In this document: positions 39,831 through 48,714 of the stretch, in pieces
Layout: each line of letters starts with the position of its first letter
Position numbering within the stretch: position 1 is the stretch's first letter
Notes under the pieces: model-generated
Seen by the model: the letters and a program-made list of their open reading frames with translations, nothing else
What the model was told of the DNA's origin: nothing
Database searches by the model: none
Program-made: the position numbers and the translations under genes
Source of the DNA: Nitrospirales bacterium
GTDB lineage: Bacteria; Nitrospirota; Nitrospiria; Nitrospirales; UBA8639
NCBI GenBank assembly: GCA_965223295.1
Contig: CBDCWC010000003.1
Coordinates: 800,001-864,000 of the forward strand
DNA: 64,000 nt
Direction of reading: 5' to 3'

Positions 39831-39846
39831 AGCACATATTATGCCA
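39831..39846 (-). promoter_or_regulatory. Possible sigma54 promoter upstream of the activator gene
   Basis: Minus strand TGGCATaatatgTGCT, GG-N10-GC. Confidence 0.4.
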
Positions 39847-39907
39847 CAAAACAGTTTCTTATTTTGCCAATTCTTACGGATAACTTCCACCATAGACAAA
39901 AAAATCT

Positions 39908-41845
39908 TCATTTCATACATTTCTCGCCTGCTGTTGAGTACAGTCGATAGACCGGAAGGTTAGTAGTTTTACCTCTCAACAGGATCGGGCCCATTTCTGT
40001 GAGTTGCCATGGATGCGATCCAAGGCATTGCTTTGTGGTTTCACCGATGAGAATACGACATACCTTGTTGGAATCTTCCGTTTTCCAGGCATCTTTGTCC
40101 AGATTTTCTAAACGAGCAGCAACATTCACCGAATCGCCTATGGTGGTAAATTTCAGGCGTTCTTCACTCCCTAAGCTCCCCACCATGACTGGTCCGGTAC
40201 TAATTCCCACTCGCATCCTTATCAACCCTAAACCCTGTTGTTGCCAGATCTGATTGAGCCGAATCATTTCTTGTTCCATTGCCAAACTACATTGCACCGC
40301 CTGTCTGGCATGATAGTTAATCTGTTCATCTGTTTGGTCCTTGGACAACACTCCGAAACCGGCTTTAATCATATCCCCATAATAGTCATCAATTAAACCC
40401 CCATGGGCGACAATAATCTTCACCATCATATCCAGGTATATATTAAGCCATTCCCATAACTCATGAGAAGGCATCTGTTCCGCCACAGTGGTAAATCCCT
40501 CCAAGTCTGTAAACATCGTTGATACTACCAGTGTGTGTGGGCGCCATCGTCCCTCTTCCAAAAATTGTGCACGTTGTTTCCAAACAGCGGCAGCCACCTG
40601 AGGGGAAACATGCCGTGAAAATAATACCATGAGCGCTCGACGATCTTTTTGCTCTCGATTGGAAATCAAGGCTGTAATAACCATGCCATTCACGACCCAT
40701 CCTAAAGCAGGCGGGACCCACGGAATCCACCAGTGATAGCTCATCGCTACTGCCACGATACTCCCCAGCACCAGTAATCCCAACAGAACTGCTACCGAAA
40801 ACCGCCAGGCACCCCGCACCCAGACCCCGACAATGACACCCCCCAACACCCACAGACCAATCCATCCAGCTTCCTGCCATTCGGTGAGCGTGGCAATAGA
40901 GACCACGCCTGTCCGCACATCACGAATGAGTTGCCACACAATATGGCCATGCAGTTCAGCACCAGAAATGTGTGGGCAACGCATAAGTCGGTCGCATTGT
41001 GAGGTGTAGAAGTAATCTTTGACGCCTTCAGATACGACTCCTAGAATGATAATGTGATCGTGGATGAATTCTGGTTGTACCTTTCCTTCTAACACGGTTT
41101 GCAATGAAAAAGTGGGGAACGTATGGGCTCCGCGATCCAAGTTCAATAAGAACTGATAGCCTCGGGCATCGGCTTGCGCATAACTCCCATCTTGCGATTC
41201 GAAGGGCTGAAAGACTGCCTGCCCCAGCTTCAGCCAAAGAGGGTTGTGTTCGGCAGGTTTTGGCATCACGCCATCATGTTCAAGGTATTTCAACGCAAGC
41301 AGAAAGGACAACGAGCGAGAGGAAGTTGTTCCGTCATCTAAAAATAGTAACCCACGCCTGACAATGCCATCTGGATCCACGACCATATCACTAAAACCCA
41401 GCCGCTCCGTGTCGTGCAAGATAGCCGGCCCAGGAATCCCACCTTGCTCCGGCTTACCAAATTTCTTGACTATCAGAATTTCAGGATACTGCGAGAGAAC
41501 CTGATTCAACACAGACCGACCCGGTGGAACTTCTAAATCGCGATAGATGTCGACACCGATTACTCGCGGGCCATGCTCATGAATTTGAGTGAGTGCCTTG
41601 GCAAGAATTTCATCCGAGATAGGCCAATGGCCTATTCGACGAATATCTTGATCCGTTATTGTCACCAGCGTAATGGGTGGCTTTTCGCGAATTTGGTGAG
41701 GACGAAGTCGCAAAGACCAGTCGTAGGCTTGAAGTTCCAAACTTTCCAGAAGACCTTGGCCTCGCAGACCCATGAGGCCCAGAAAGACTAGAACAGAAAT
41801 AAGGCCTATCTGAAATGCTTGAGAACGAAAAAAAGGATGGTCCAC
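39908..41845 (-). CDS. CHASE2-domain class III adenylate/guanylate cyclase
   Basis: CHASE2 (LELQAYD, WP.SD, VIGVDIYRD, D.DG.VRR, G.E.H), three TMs, FTDLEGFT, GD, RMRVGISTG, TIGDSVNVAARLE. Confidence 0.92.
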   Translation of the reverse strand: MDHPFFRSQAFQIGLISVLVFLGLMGLRGQGLLESLELQAYDWSLRLRPHQIREKPPITLVTITDQDIRRIGHWPISDEILAKALTQIHEHGPRVIGVDIYRDLEVPPGRSVLNQVLSQYPEILIVKKFGKPEQGGIPGPAILHDTERLGFSDMVVDPDGIVRRGLLFLDDGTTSSRSLSFLLALKYLEHDGVMPKPAEHNPLWLKLGQAVFQPFESQDGSYAQADARGYQFLLNLDRGAHTFPTFSLQTVLEGKVQPEFIHDHIIILGVVSEGVKDYFYTSQCDRLMRCPHISGAELHGHIVWQLIRDVRTGVVSIATLTEWQEAGWIGLWVLGGVIVGVWVRGAWRFSVAVLLGLLVLGSIVAVAMSYHWWIPWVPPALGWVVNGMVITALISNREQKDRRALMVLFSRHVSPQVAAAVWKQRAQFLEEGRWRPHTLVVSTMFTDLEGFTTVAEQMPSHELWEWLNIYLDMMVKIIVAHGGLIDDYYGDMIKAGFGVLSKDQTDEQINYHARQAVQCSLAMEQEMIRLNQIWQQQGLGLIRMRVGISTGPVMVGSLGSEERLKFTTIGDSVNVAARLENLDKDAWKTEDSNKVCRILIGETTKQCLGSHPWQLTEMGPILLRGKTTNLPVYRLYSTAGEKCMK

Positions 41846-41988
41846 AGGTATCCCCTTAACACTTCCACTGAAAGAGAAGAGGAAGAAACGGGGATAAATC
41901 TTTTGTTATCTTACGATCAACAGTGAGACGGTTTTTCAATTTTGAGACAAGAAGAGGGAACAACCTGTTCAAACCTCAAGACAGAATT

Positions 41989-43269
41989 TCAGGAAGAGAC
42001 CTTTTCCAATGGCAGATCAGCTGACCCCTCCATTGGCAAATGGATATGAAAAATAGCTCCAACATTCAGTTCACTTTCGACCGCAATGACCCCCGAATGG
42101 GCTTCGATCACATCCTTCACAATTTTCGTTCCTAACCCCGTTCCACCCCGCTTTCGACTTCTCACCCTTGAGGTAAATATCGTGTCTCGAATTTCAGCTG
42201 GCATTCCACGTCCGGTATCGCTGACGGACACATGAACCGTCTTTCCTGAGGATTCTATTTCCCCGTTAATCGTAATTGAGCCGCCTGGCGAAACTTCGGC
42301 AATCGCGTTATTGACCAAATTATAAAATGCATTGAACAACCGCGATTCATCAGCATAGATCTCTGGTAATTCCGAAATTCCCTCATGCAGAAGGGTGATA
42401 TCCTTGCCCTGAGCGACCAGCATCAACGTATCAAAAACCGAAGCCACAACATGCTGAAGCTTACAAGGAGCAAACTGTGGTGGACTCGTCAATCCCTTTA
42501 CGCAATCTGCGATTTCTTTGACTCGCTCTTGAATCCGTTTGGTGTTGTTCGCCACCATCCCAATGACCTCTAGGCATGTCTGATGAGTAGCCTGGCCTTT
42601 GTTCGGATCAAACGTTGGAAGATCGGCAAAGACTTCATTGAGCTCATCTTTCAGAAGCGACGTCCCACATAACACCGGCATCAGCATATTTTTCACATCA
42701 TGGCCAATGTTTCCGAGTATTCGTGCAACCTCTGCTAACTTCGCTTCCTGAAATAACCTTGCCTGTTCAATGGAAAGCGCAGTGAAGGCGCCTATGATGG
42801 TGAGAATGGCAACATCGTCATGATTTAACTGGCCATCCCGTTTGTTCATCACCTCCAAGACGCCAATTGAATGTCCCTCCCAACGTTTGAGGGGAACGGC
42901 TATCATGTCCTGAGTATGAAATCCCGTGAGGTGATCGATTTCGGGGAAATGGCGACGATCTGCTTTAGCATCCTTGCTGACAATTGGCATTTCTGTAGCA
43001 AAGACCGTCCCAGCAATGCCATGAGTCCAAGGAAATGCTGTGCCGATTTTAGGTGTTCGATCTCCAATGACATGCGAAAATACTAATTCTTTGGTTTCTG
43101 AATTGGCCAACAACACACACCCGGCTTGGCAATTGAGGACATCTAAAGCAATCTTTAACCCTTGTTCGACCAAATCTTCGACACTCAGGTGTTGAAAAAG
43201 TGCTTCACTAATTTTGCGAGCCGCTTCAAGCTCCCGTTCTTTGCGACTCAATTGGGTGGAAGGATTCAT
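41989..43269 (-). CDS. Soluble GAF-domain histidine kinase
   Basis: GAF; H-box GHDVKN; NLVNNAI, DTGRGM, GTGLG. Confidence 0.9.
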   Translation of the reverse strand: MNPSTQLSRKERELEAARKISEALFQHLSVEDLVEQGLKIALDVLNCQAGCVLLANSETKELVFSHVIGDRTPKIGTAFPWTHGIAGTVFATEMPIVSKDAKADRRHFPEIDHLTGFHTQDMIAVPLKRWEGHSIGVLEVMNKRDGQLNHDDVAILTIIGAFTALSIEQARLFQEAKLAEVARILGNIGHDVKNMLMPVLCGTSLLKDELNEVFADLPTFDPNKGQATHQTCLEVIGMVANNTKRIQERVKEIADCVKGLTSPPQFAPCKLQHVVASVFDTLMLVAQGKDITLLHEGISELPEIYADESRLFNAFYNLVNNAIAEVSPGGSITINGEIESSGKTVHVSVSDTGRGMPAEIRDTIFTSRVRSRKRGGTGLGTKIVKDVIEAHSGVIAVESELNVGAIFHIHLPMEGSADLPLEKVSS

Positions 43270-43417
43270 GTCTCACTCACATATTAGAATCAATCTCCAT
43301 CATGCTTGTATCGTTGGTAAGCCCCTTATGATGATGGAGACTAAAAATGTTAGCAAATAGTTACAATAAAATCCTCCAACAACTTTTATTTGATCATACG
43401 ACAGACAAAAAATAATT

Positions 43418-44212
43418 TCATGAAAATTCTATGTCTTGGCCTTCCTCCAAAACGGTCACTCTTTCAATTTCAAGGGCAGCAATTTCTTCTATAATTTGGG
43501 CTCGTACCGTAGGTTTCATGTGGTAGACAAAAACCGGCAGATCGGGTTTTCCAATTTTTCTGTATTCCTGGGCAAGCAGTTTTGGGGTAAGATGCTTACT
43601 TTGAATGGCAATATCCATCATGGCATCCGGAAAAGAAACTTCAATGAAAATGCCCTGAAGATTAGACGTATGGGCTGCGACCTGCCAGATTTCTTCTGTA
43701 AGATGGGTATCCCCACTATAAATCCAAGCAGCGGTGTCATCACGAATGACATAGCCAACAGTTTCTACGGTGTGATTGACCTGCACCGGAGTCACACGGA
43801 TACCACCTGGCACCGAGATCTCTTTTTGGGCTTCCAACTCTCGAGCATGCAAAATGGCATGACGCGAACCTTGACGATGGAAAAATTTTGGAAAGACCAA
43901 ATCATTAAAAACATGCTTTCGCAACCCGTGAATCACTGAGGGCAAACCTGCTACAACTACTTGATGATCTACCAAGTCCGAAAGATTATCCGCCAACTGT
44001 GGGATTCCCTTAATATGATCGTGGTGAAGGTGGGAAAGGAGAATATGTTTTACCCGTCGCTGTTCCTCGAAGGTAAGACAAGAGGCTAGGGTTCCAGCAT
44101 CCACCATGACCTCTCCATTGACAAGAAATCCCACACTCCGGCAAAGCATTGAGCCAGTCGGTCCCTTCACGCACAAGTCAGACCCATGCGATCCAAGGAC
44201 TCTGATTTTCAC
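43418..44212 (-). CDS. Class II (metallo-beta-lactamase fold) 3',5'-cyclic nucleotide phosphodiesterase
   Basis: KIRVLGSHG, DAG, SHLHHDH, HVFN..VFP.F, VNHTV, SGDT, EVSFP, HLTP, YHMKP. Confidence 0.85.
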   Translation of the reverse strand: MKIRVLGSHGSDLCVKGPTGSMLCRSVGFLVNGEVMVDAGTLASCLTFEEQRRVKHILLSHLHHDHIKGIPQLADNLSDLVDHQVVVAGLPSVIHGLRKHVFNDLVFPKFFHRQGSRHAILHARELEAQKEISVPGGIRVTPVQVNHTVETVGYVIRDDTAAWIYSGDTHLTEEIWQVAAHTSNLQGIFIEVSFPDAMMDIAIQSKHLTPKLLAQEYRKIGKPDLPVFVYHMKPTVRAQIIEEIAALEIERVTVLEEGQDIEFS

Positions 44213-44530
44213 GAACTTTGGCTTTCAAGTAATAATATTTGTTTACTCTTAATCATGGAACTTCGCCTTATACTTCTAAAGGTTCGCTACCAAACTTGAC
44301 TGGCCATCAAACAAGACAACAGCAACTCTAAATTGTTGAGTAGGATACATAGAGCAACATTCTCATAAAAACGCCCATGTCTCGGAATTGATAAGCTCAT
44401 TGCTTCTTCGGGGTTATACAAAAATATTGTTTCAACACCACTTGATGAATCTTTCAAAAAACATCATGCAAAAAAAACTGAATAAATACAACTTAGACCA
44501 TCCCTCAGGTTTTCTCTCAACATCAATCTA

Positions 44531-44721
44531 GGGTCTGTTGAAAAAAGCCGCCAGCGGCGTTCTCGCCATTTTCCCGTGCTCACATACTGCCAGTATGCTC
44601 CGCGCGAAAAAATGGCTGTGGCTTTGCTGGACGGACTGTTTTGAACCGACTCGACGCTGCTGATCACCAAGAGCTTCCTGGCGAAATATGGCCATTGATA
44701 TCATCATTATTCAACAGTCCC
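44531..44721. mobile_element. Two-module MITE-like repeat
   Basis: 12-bp termini gggtctgttgaa / ttcaacagtccc (1 mismatch). Confidence 0.75.
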
Positions 44722-44749
44722 ATCTACTGTACATTTCGCTGAAAATAAT

Positions 44750-44782
44750 AAAAAAGCCTCCTGTCTCATGAGACAGGAGGCT
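44750..44782 (-). terminator. Terminator after tRNA-Asn
   Basis: Palindrome agcctcctgtctcatgagacaggaggct with a T-run on the minus strand. Confidence 0.8.
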
Positions 44783-44794
44783 CTTAAGAGATAT

Positions 44795-44870
44795 TGGCTC
44801 CCCGGGCAGGACTCGAACCTGCGACCATTCGGTTAACAGCCGAACGCTCTACCAACTGAGCTACCGAGGA
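44795..44870 (-). tRNA. tRNA-Asn (GTT)
   Basis: Minus strand tcctcggtagctcagttggtagagcgttcggctGTTaaccgaatggtcgcaggttcgagtcctgcccggggagCCA, 76 nt. Confidence 0.97.
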
Positions 44871-44974
44871 ACAAAGTGTTTATATAAATAAATGGTTCGT
44901 GTTTTTGATGATTCTAGCCCGACTGTCGATTTTCTTCAAGAACAAAGAAAAGGTTTTTGATTCTTTTTTAGGTA

Positions 44975-45238
44975 CTAAAATTGAAAATCGGCCGAATCTT
45001 CTTCCCCTTCATCTGCTTCTGAGGCCCCTCCTTCTGAGAGGTTCACGTAATGCCGCGCCCATGATAAGTAGATATTGGCACTGTCTTTCATGGCATCAGC
45101 GCCGTTTAGAAGCTTACTGACAACCTCAGGATCTCCACCGCCCATTTCCATTTCTCGAGCCTTAACCTCAAGCGAAGCATGGAAATTCGTCATGTGATCA
45201 GTGAGAGTATCCATTTGCTTACGGAGATCATCATTCAT
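44975..45238 (-). CDS. Small acidic helical hypothetical protein
   Basis: AAGGGG RBS then MNDDLRKQ...; acidic tail. Confidence 0.65.
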   Translation of the reverse strand: MNDDLRKQMDTLTDHMTNFHASLEVKAREMEMGGGDPEVVSKLLNGADAMKDSANIYLSWARHYVNLSEGGASEADEGEEDSADFQF

Positions 45239-45306
45239 GAGTGCGCCCCTTTGATAAAAAGTATGCAAGGTCCATTATTTGAGATAAGCACGACATGCGC
45301 AACAAT

Positions 45307-45357
45307 AAAAAAAGCCCTGCGATCTACCTCTATTAAGAGACATATCGCAGGGCTTTT
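45307..45357 (-). terminator. Terminator after the por operon
   Basis: aaaagccctgcgat...atcgcagggctttt stem with a T-run. Confidence 0.7.
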
Positions 45358-45370
45358 CAAACAAAACCGT

Positions 45371-45649
45371 TTATCCTTGATAGGCTTGCCCTAGCTCCGC
45401 AGATTCTCCAGCCTGATCCAATAACGTCCCATCAGAATTCACGGCAACCATATCAATAGCCTGATGTTTGGCCGCATCACAGACCACCTTACACAATTCA
45501 CATCCCTTGCACCGATCAATGGCGACTTCCGCCACCATCTTGTCTGAATTCAGATCCAGACAGTTCGCTTCCGGACAATACATGATGCAGAGTCGGCAGC
45601 CTTTTTTCGCAACACATTTGTCATCCGTCACTTGAGCAACATTATACAT
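45371..45649 (-). CDS. porE: Pyruvate:ferredoxin oxidoreductase ferredoxin-like subunit
   Basis: C..KKGCRLCIMYCP, CKGCELC..VC. Confidence 0.8.
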   Translation of the reverse strand: MYNVAQVTDDKCVAKKGCRLCIMYCPEANCLDLNSDKMVAEVAIDRCKGCELCKVVCDAAKHQAIDMVAVNSDGTLLDQAGESAELGQAYQG

Positions 45650-45694
45650 CTATCTTTGTTCCTTTATCTTTGGTCCTTCGCTGAAAACCACTGT

Positions 45695-46399
45695 TTACGC
45701 CGCAGCGGTTTCTCCAACCATCACTTCGACGTTGTTTTTCTCCGCCCATTCAGCTCCCATTTCATAGGCTCGTTTCACAGTCTCCAAATTCTTTTTTAAT
45801 AACATTTCTTTCTTAGCAAATTTTTTCTTAATGGCTTCATCTAACGTTGCGGTTCCACCAGAAGCCACAAATTTTTTCCCAAATCGTTCTTGCAAGGCTA
45901 AATCTAAGCCATTCATTGAGACACACTTGGTAATCCCAGACACCGAACCAATCATGGTCATGTTGGTTGCCAACTCAGTTCCTGCGATGTCCATAGCAAT
46001 GTTTGTCCCAGGAATATTAAAGACCGACACATTCATATCTTTGAGGTGCTTCACATCTTCATCCGCCAACAGAGGCATGTCGGTATTGATAATCACCAAA
46101 CCACCCTCTTTGATACCTGAGTAAAAAGGCATGGTATAGCTCTTCCCCATCGTGATCACTTGAGGATGGAACACTTGAATGACATCGGGAAATACCAGTT
46201 CCCCACGATCGTAGATTTTTCTCAATCCGATTCGGCAATAGCTTTCGGCCGGTGCCATGCGCTTTTCAGCACCAAAGAATGGATTGGAAATAGCAAATTT
46301 ACCATCTTTTGAAGCCGCCATAGCCATGACATGGGCGGCAGTCACCGCACCCTGTCCGCCAAGACCAGACATTCGTATGTTGATTCGACGTAATATCAT
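45695..46399 (-). CDS. porC: Pyruvate:ferredoxin oxidoreductase gamma subunit
   Basis: GLGGQGAVT, PFFGAEKRMAP. Confidence 0.85.
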   Translation of the reverse strand: MILRRINIRMSGLGGQGAVTAAHVMAMAASKDGKFAISNPFFGAEKRMAPAESYCRIGLRKIYDRGELVFPDVIQVFHPQVITMGKSYTMPFYSGIKEGGLVIINTDMPLLADEDVKHLKDMNVSVFNIPGTNIAMDIAGTELATNMTMIGSVSGITKCVSMNGLDLALQERFGKKFVASGGTATLDEAIKKKFAKKEMLLKKNLETVKRAYEMGAEWAEKNNVEVMVGETAAA

Positions 46400-46428
46400 A
46401 ATATTGTTCCTCTCACATATCCGGTTGC

Positions 46429-47337
46429 TTAAGCGTTTTGCGCAGCCAATTGCCTTTTCGCCTCGGCTTTTCGTTCTTTTTCTTTGGCCGCTAATTCTGC
46501 TAACAACTCTTTTGCTGGCTCACTGACAAATTCTTTGTACGCAAACCGTTCAGAAGGCTTTTCAGAGTCCCGCATTTCCTGCAACCCTTCCATACTATTC
46601 TTCCCAATTTCCAAAATACAGGGAGTGTAGAGTTGAAGGTAAGTTGGGCCAATTTCCCGCGCGACATGAATTGCATTCTTAATGACTTTTTCCACAAGGT
46701 TTGGCTTACTCACAGTACAATTCACGACATAGTGACATCCCGATTCACGTGCAATTTCTGGAAGTCGAACTTTTTCAAATGACTTCCCAACAGGAGCCAT
46801 TTTTGCGACAAATCCTTTTTGCATGAGCCCACTTTCCTGCCCCCCAGTATTGGCATACAACTCATTGTCAAAACAAATCGTCGTAAACTTCTCTTGCCTG
46901 AACCAAGCTTGAAGTGTCATGTCCAATCCGATATCCACCGTGGCCCCATCTCCAGCCAACACCACCACATCCTTCGTCCGGTCAGGAAAACGCACACTCA
47001 ACGCTCGCTTCAACCCCGAGGCAATGGCATTCTGGTTGCCAAACAAGGAATGAATGTTATGAACGGCTACATGGGGAAACACTAAACTGGTACAGCCTGT
47101 AGAACCAACCATGACTGTATCTTCAGGGTTAGGGAGCGACGCTAAAATATAACGAAATGCCATGGATTCAGGACAGCCTGCACACAATGAATGCTCTTCA
47201 ATGAGCTCCTTGGCATTTCCGATGTCTTTCCACCCCCGTGTTTCATTACCAAACGTGGCTCGTTTGACAAGATCTTGATATTCGACAGGCATAATATCAA
47301 ACATTTCTTCGGCTATTTTTATGCGTTCTTTGCTCAT
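46429..47337 (-). CDS. porB: Pyruvate:ferredoxin oxidoreductase beta subunit
   Basis: LCAGCPE, TPP motif GDG...DNELYANTGGQ. Confidence 0.88.
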   Translation of the reverse strand: MSKERIKIAEEMFDIMPVEYQDLVKRATFGNETRGWKDIGNAKELIEEHSLCAGCPESMAFRYILASLPNPEDTVMVGSTGCTSLVFPHVAVHNIHSLFGNQNAIASGLKRALSVRFPDRTKDVVVLAGDGATVDIGLDMTLQAWFRQEKFTTICFDNELYANTGGQESGLMQKGFVAKMAPVGKSFEKVRLPEIARESGCHYVVNCTVSKPNLVEKVIKNAIHVAREIGPTYLQLYTPCILEIGKNSMEGLQEMRDSEKPSERFAYKEFVSEPAKELLAELAAKEKERKAEAKRQLAAQNA

Positions 47338-47389
47338 AATCGATCTCCTTACGAAGAGGTTAGGCAGACAGGCTCAATGCAACACCCTC

Positions 47390-48601
47390 TCAGCTCCCAC
47401 GAGCCGACAACGTTTCCACTTTCATTCCCATTAACGTCTTGATTTCACTAGCAATAATTTCAGGCGGCATCGTCATCCCGCCGCATACATGTGGGCCGGC
47501 ATGCACCCGTTCATTATGTGGGATGGTGGCACAGACTTCTCGGGCCAACCAGCCCGTGACATTGAATTCTGGAACAATAATATGTTTCGCATGTTTCGTG
47601 GCTTCCCGGATTTCTTCCCCAGGCCATGGCCGTAAGGTCTTGACCTTCACAAGCCCAACCGTAATGCCTTCGTCTTCTAACATCGCAATGGCTTCACGGC
47701 TCTGTGATACGGCCGTTCCCGAGGCAACGACGAGAACATCCGCATCGATATTTTCTGTGTCAATCAACCCATCCATCCAACGAATGGTATGCTTTCGTGA
47801 CCGTTCAACCGCAGCCCACACCTCTTGCTGCCAGCTTGCATGAGTCGCATAACTAATATAGTTGCTTTTCATGACAAACGGGTCTCTCATCATCCGTACA
47901 GGAGGGCATTCCATATCCATACATGGAACCGGAGACCGATAGGGATCATACGGTGGCAAACACATATCGGCGGGAGTCAAATCAACCATATCCTTGGTAT
48001 GCGTGACAAAAAACCCATCACAGCATAAGGCCAAGGGCAAATGAACGTCGGGCTCTTCTGAGACCATGTACCCTTTCAGGATCCAGTCATAGAAATCTTG
48101 GGCAGTTTCCGCATGCCATACCAGCATACCGGTTTGCATGAGATAGGAAATTTCCAAGGTATCTGGCTGAATCGAGAGCGGCGAATTAATGCCACGGCAG
48201 GTCACAATCATCTGAATAGGCAATCGAGCTCCAGCCCACATGGGAAAGTTTTCCATCGCCCGCATCGTCCCTGGGCCAGCTGTCGTCGTAAAGACTCTCG
48301 CCCCCCCAAAAGCTGCCCCCGCACATTGCGACATCACCGCGAATTCGCTCTCGCCTCGGAAATAATCGCCAATATATCCCTCGCCAAAAAGTTCCCCGAT
48401 TAAGGCTGCTGCTTCACTTTGCGGGGTAATGGGATAGGCAATCATGACATCACAAGAAGCTCGGCGAATAGCCTCTTTAATCACTTCACTGCCAGTAAAA
48501 AAGGAGGGTGTTCTCTCCGCCTCATACATCATCTTCCAAGGATCAGTGTAAACCTGTCCTTTTTTATTCTTTTGTCCTATGAACGAAGCTTGAGTGGCCA
48601 T
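47390..48601 (-). CDS. porA: Pyruvate:ferredoxin oxidoreductase alpha subunit
   Basis: YPITPQSE, ESEFAV, TTTAGPG; five-subunit rTCA-type enzyme (POR versus OGOR assigned from recalled similarity). Confidence 0.85.
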   Translation of the reverse strand: MATQASFIGQKNKKGQVYTDPWKMMYEAERTPSFFTGSEVIKEAIRRASCDVMIAYPITPQSEAAALIGELFGEGYIGDYFRGESEFAVMSQCAGAAFGGARVFTTTAGPGTMRAMENFPMWAGARLPIQMIVTCRGINSPLSIQPDTLEISYLMQTGMLVWHAETAQDFYDWILKGYMVSEEPDVHLPLALCCDGFFVTHTKDMVDLTPADMCLPPYDPYRSPVPCMDMECPPVRMMRDPFVMKSNYISYATHASWQQEVWAAVERSRKHTIRWMDGLIDTENIDADVLVVASGTAVSQSREAIAMLEDEGITVGLVKVKTLRPWPGEEIREATKHAKHIIVPEFNVTGWLAREVCATIPHNERVHAGPHVCGGMTMPPEIIASEIKTLMGMKVETLSARGS

Positions 48602-48714
48602 GTCAAGACCTCCTTCTTTAATGCTTCAGGTGAATGATGCTCAAAAGTATTTTCTCATATTCTAATCTATCGCTCTTTCTTGCGATAGTAGGCGGAAGAA
48701 CCATTGCTTCCCGA

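Noticed and set aside
22500-44870. tRNA-Asn-anchored integrative island
   Set aside because: The accessory block lies 3' of the tRNA, but I saw no integrase and no duplicated tRNA 3' end
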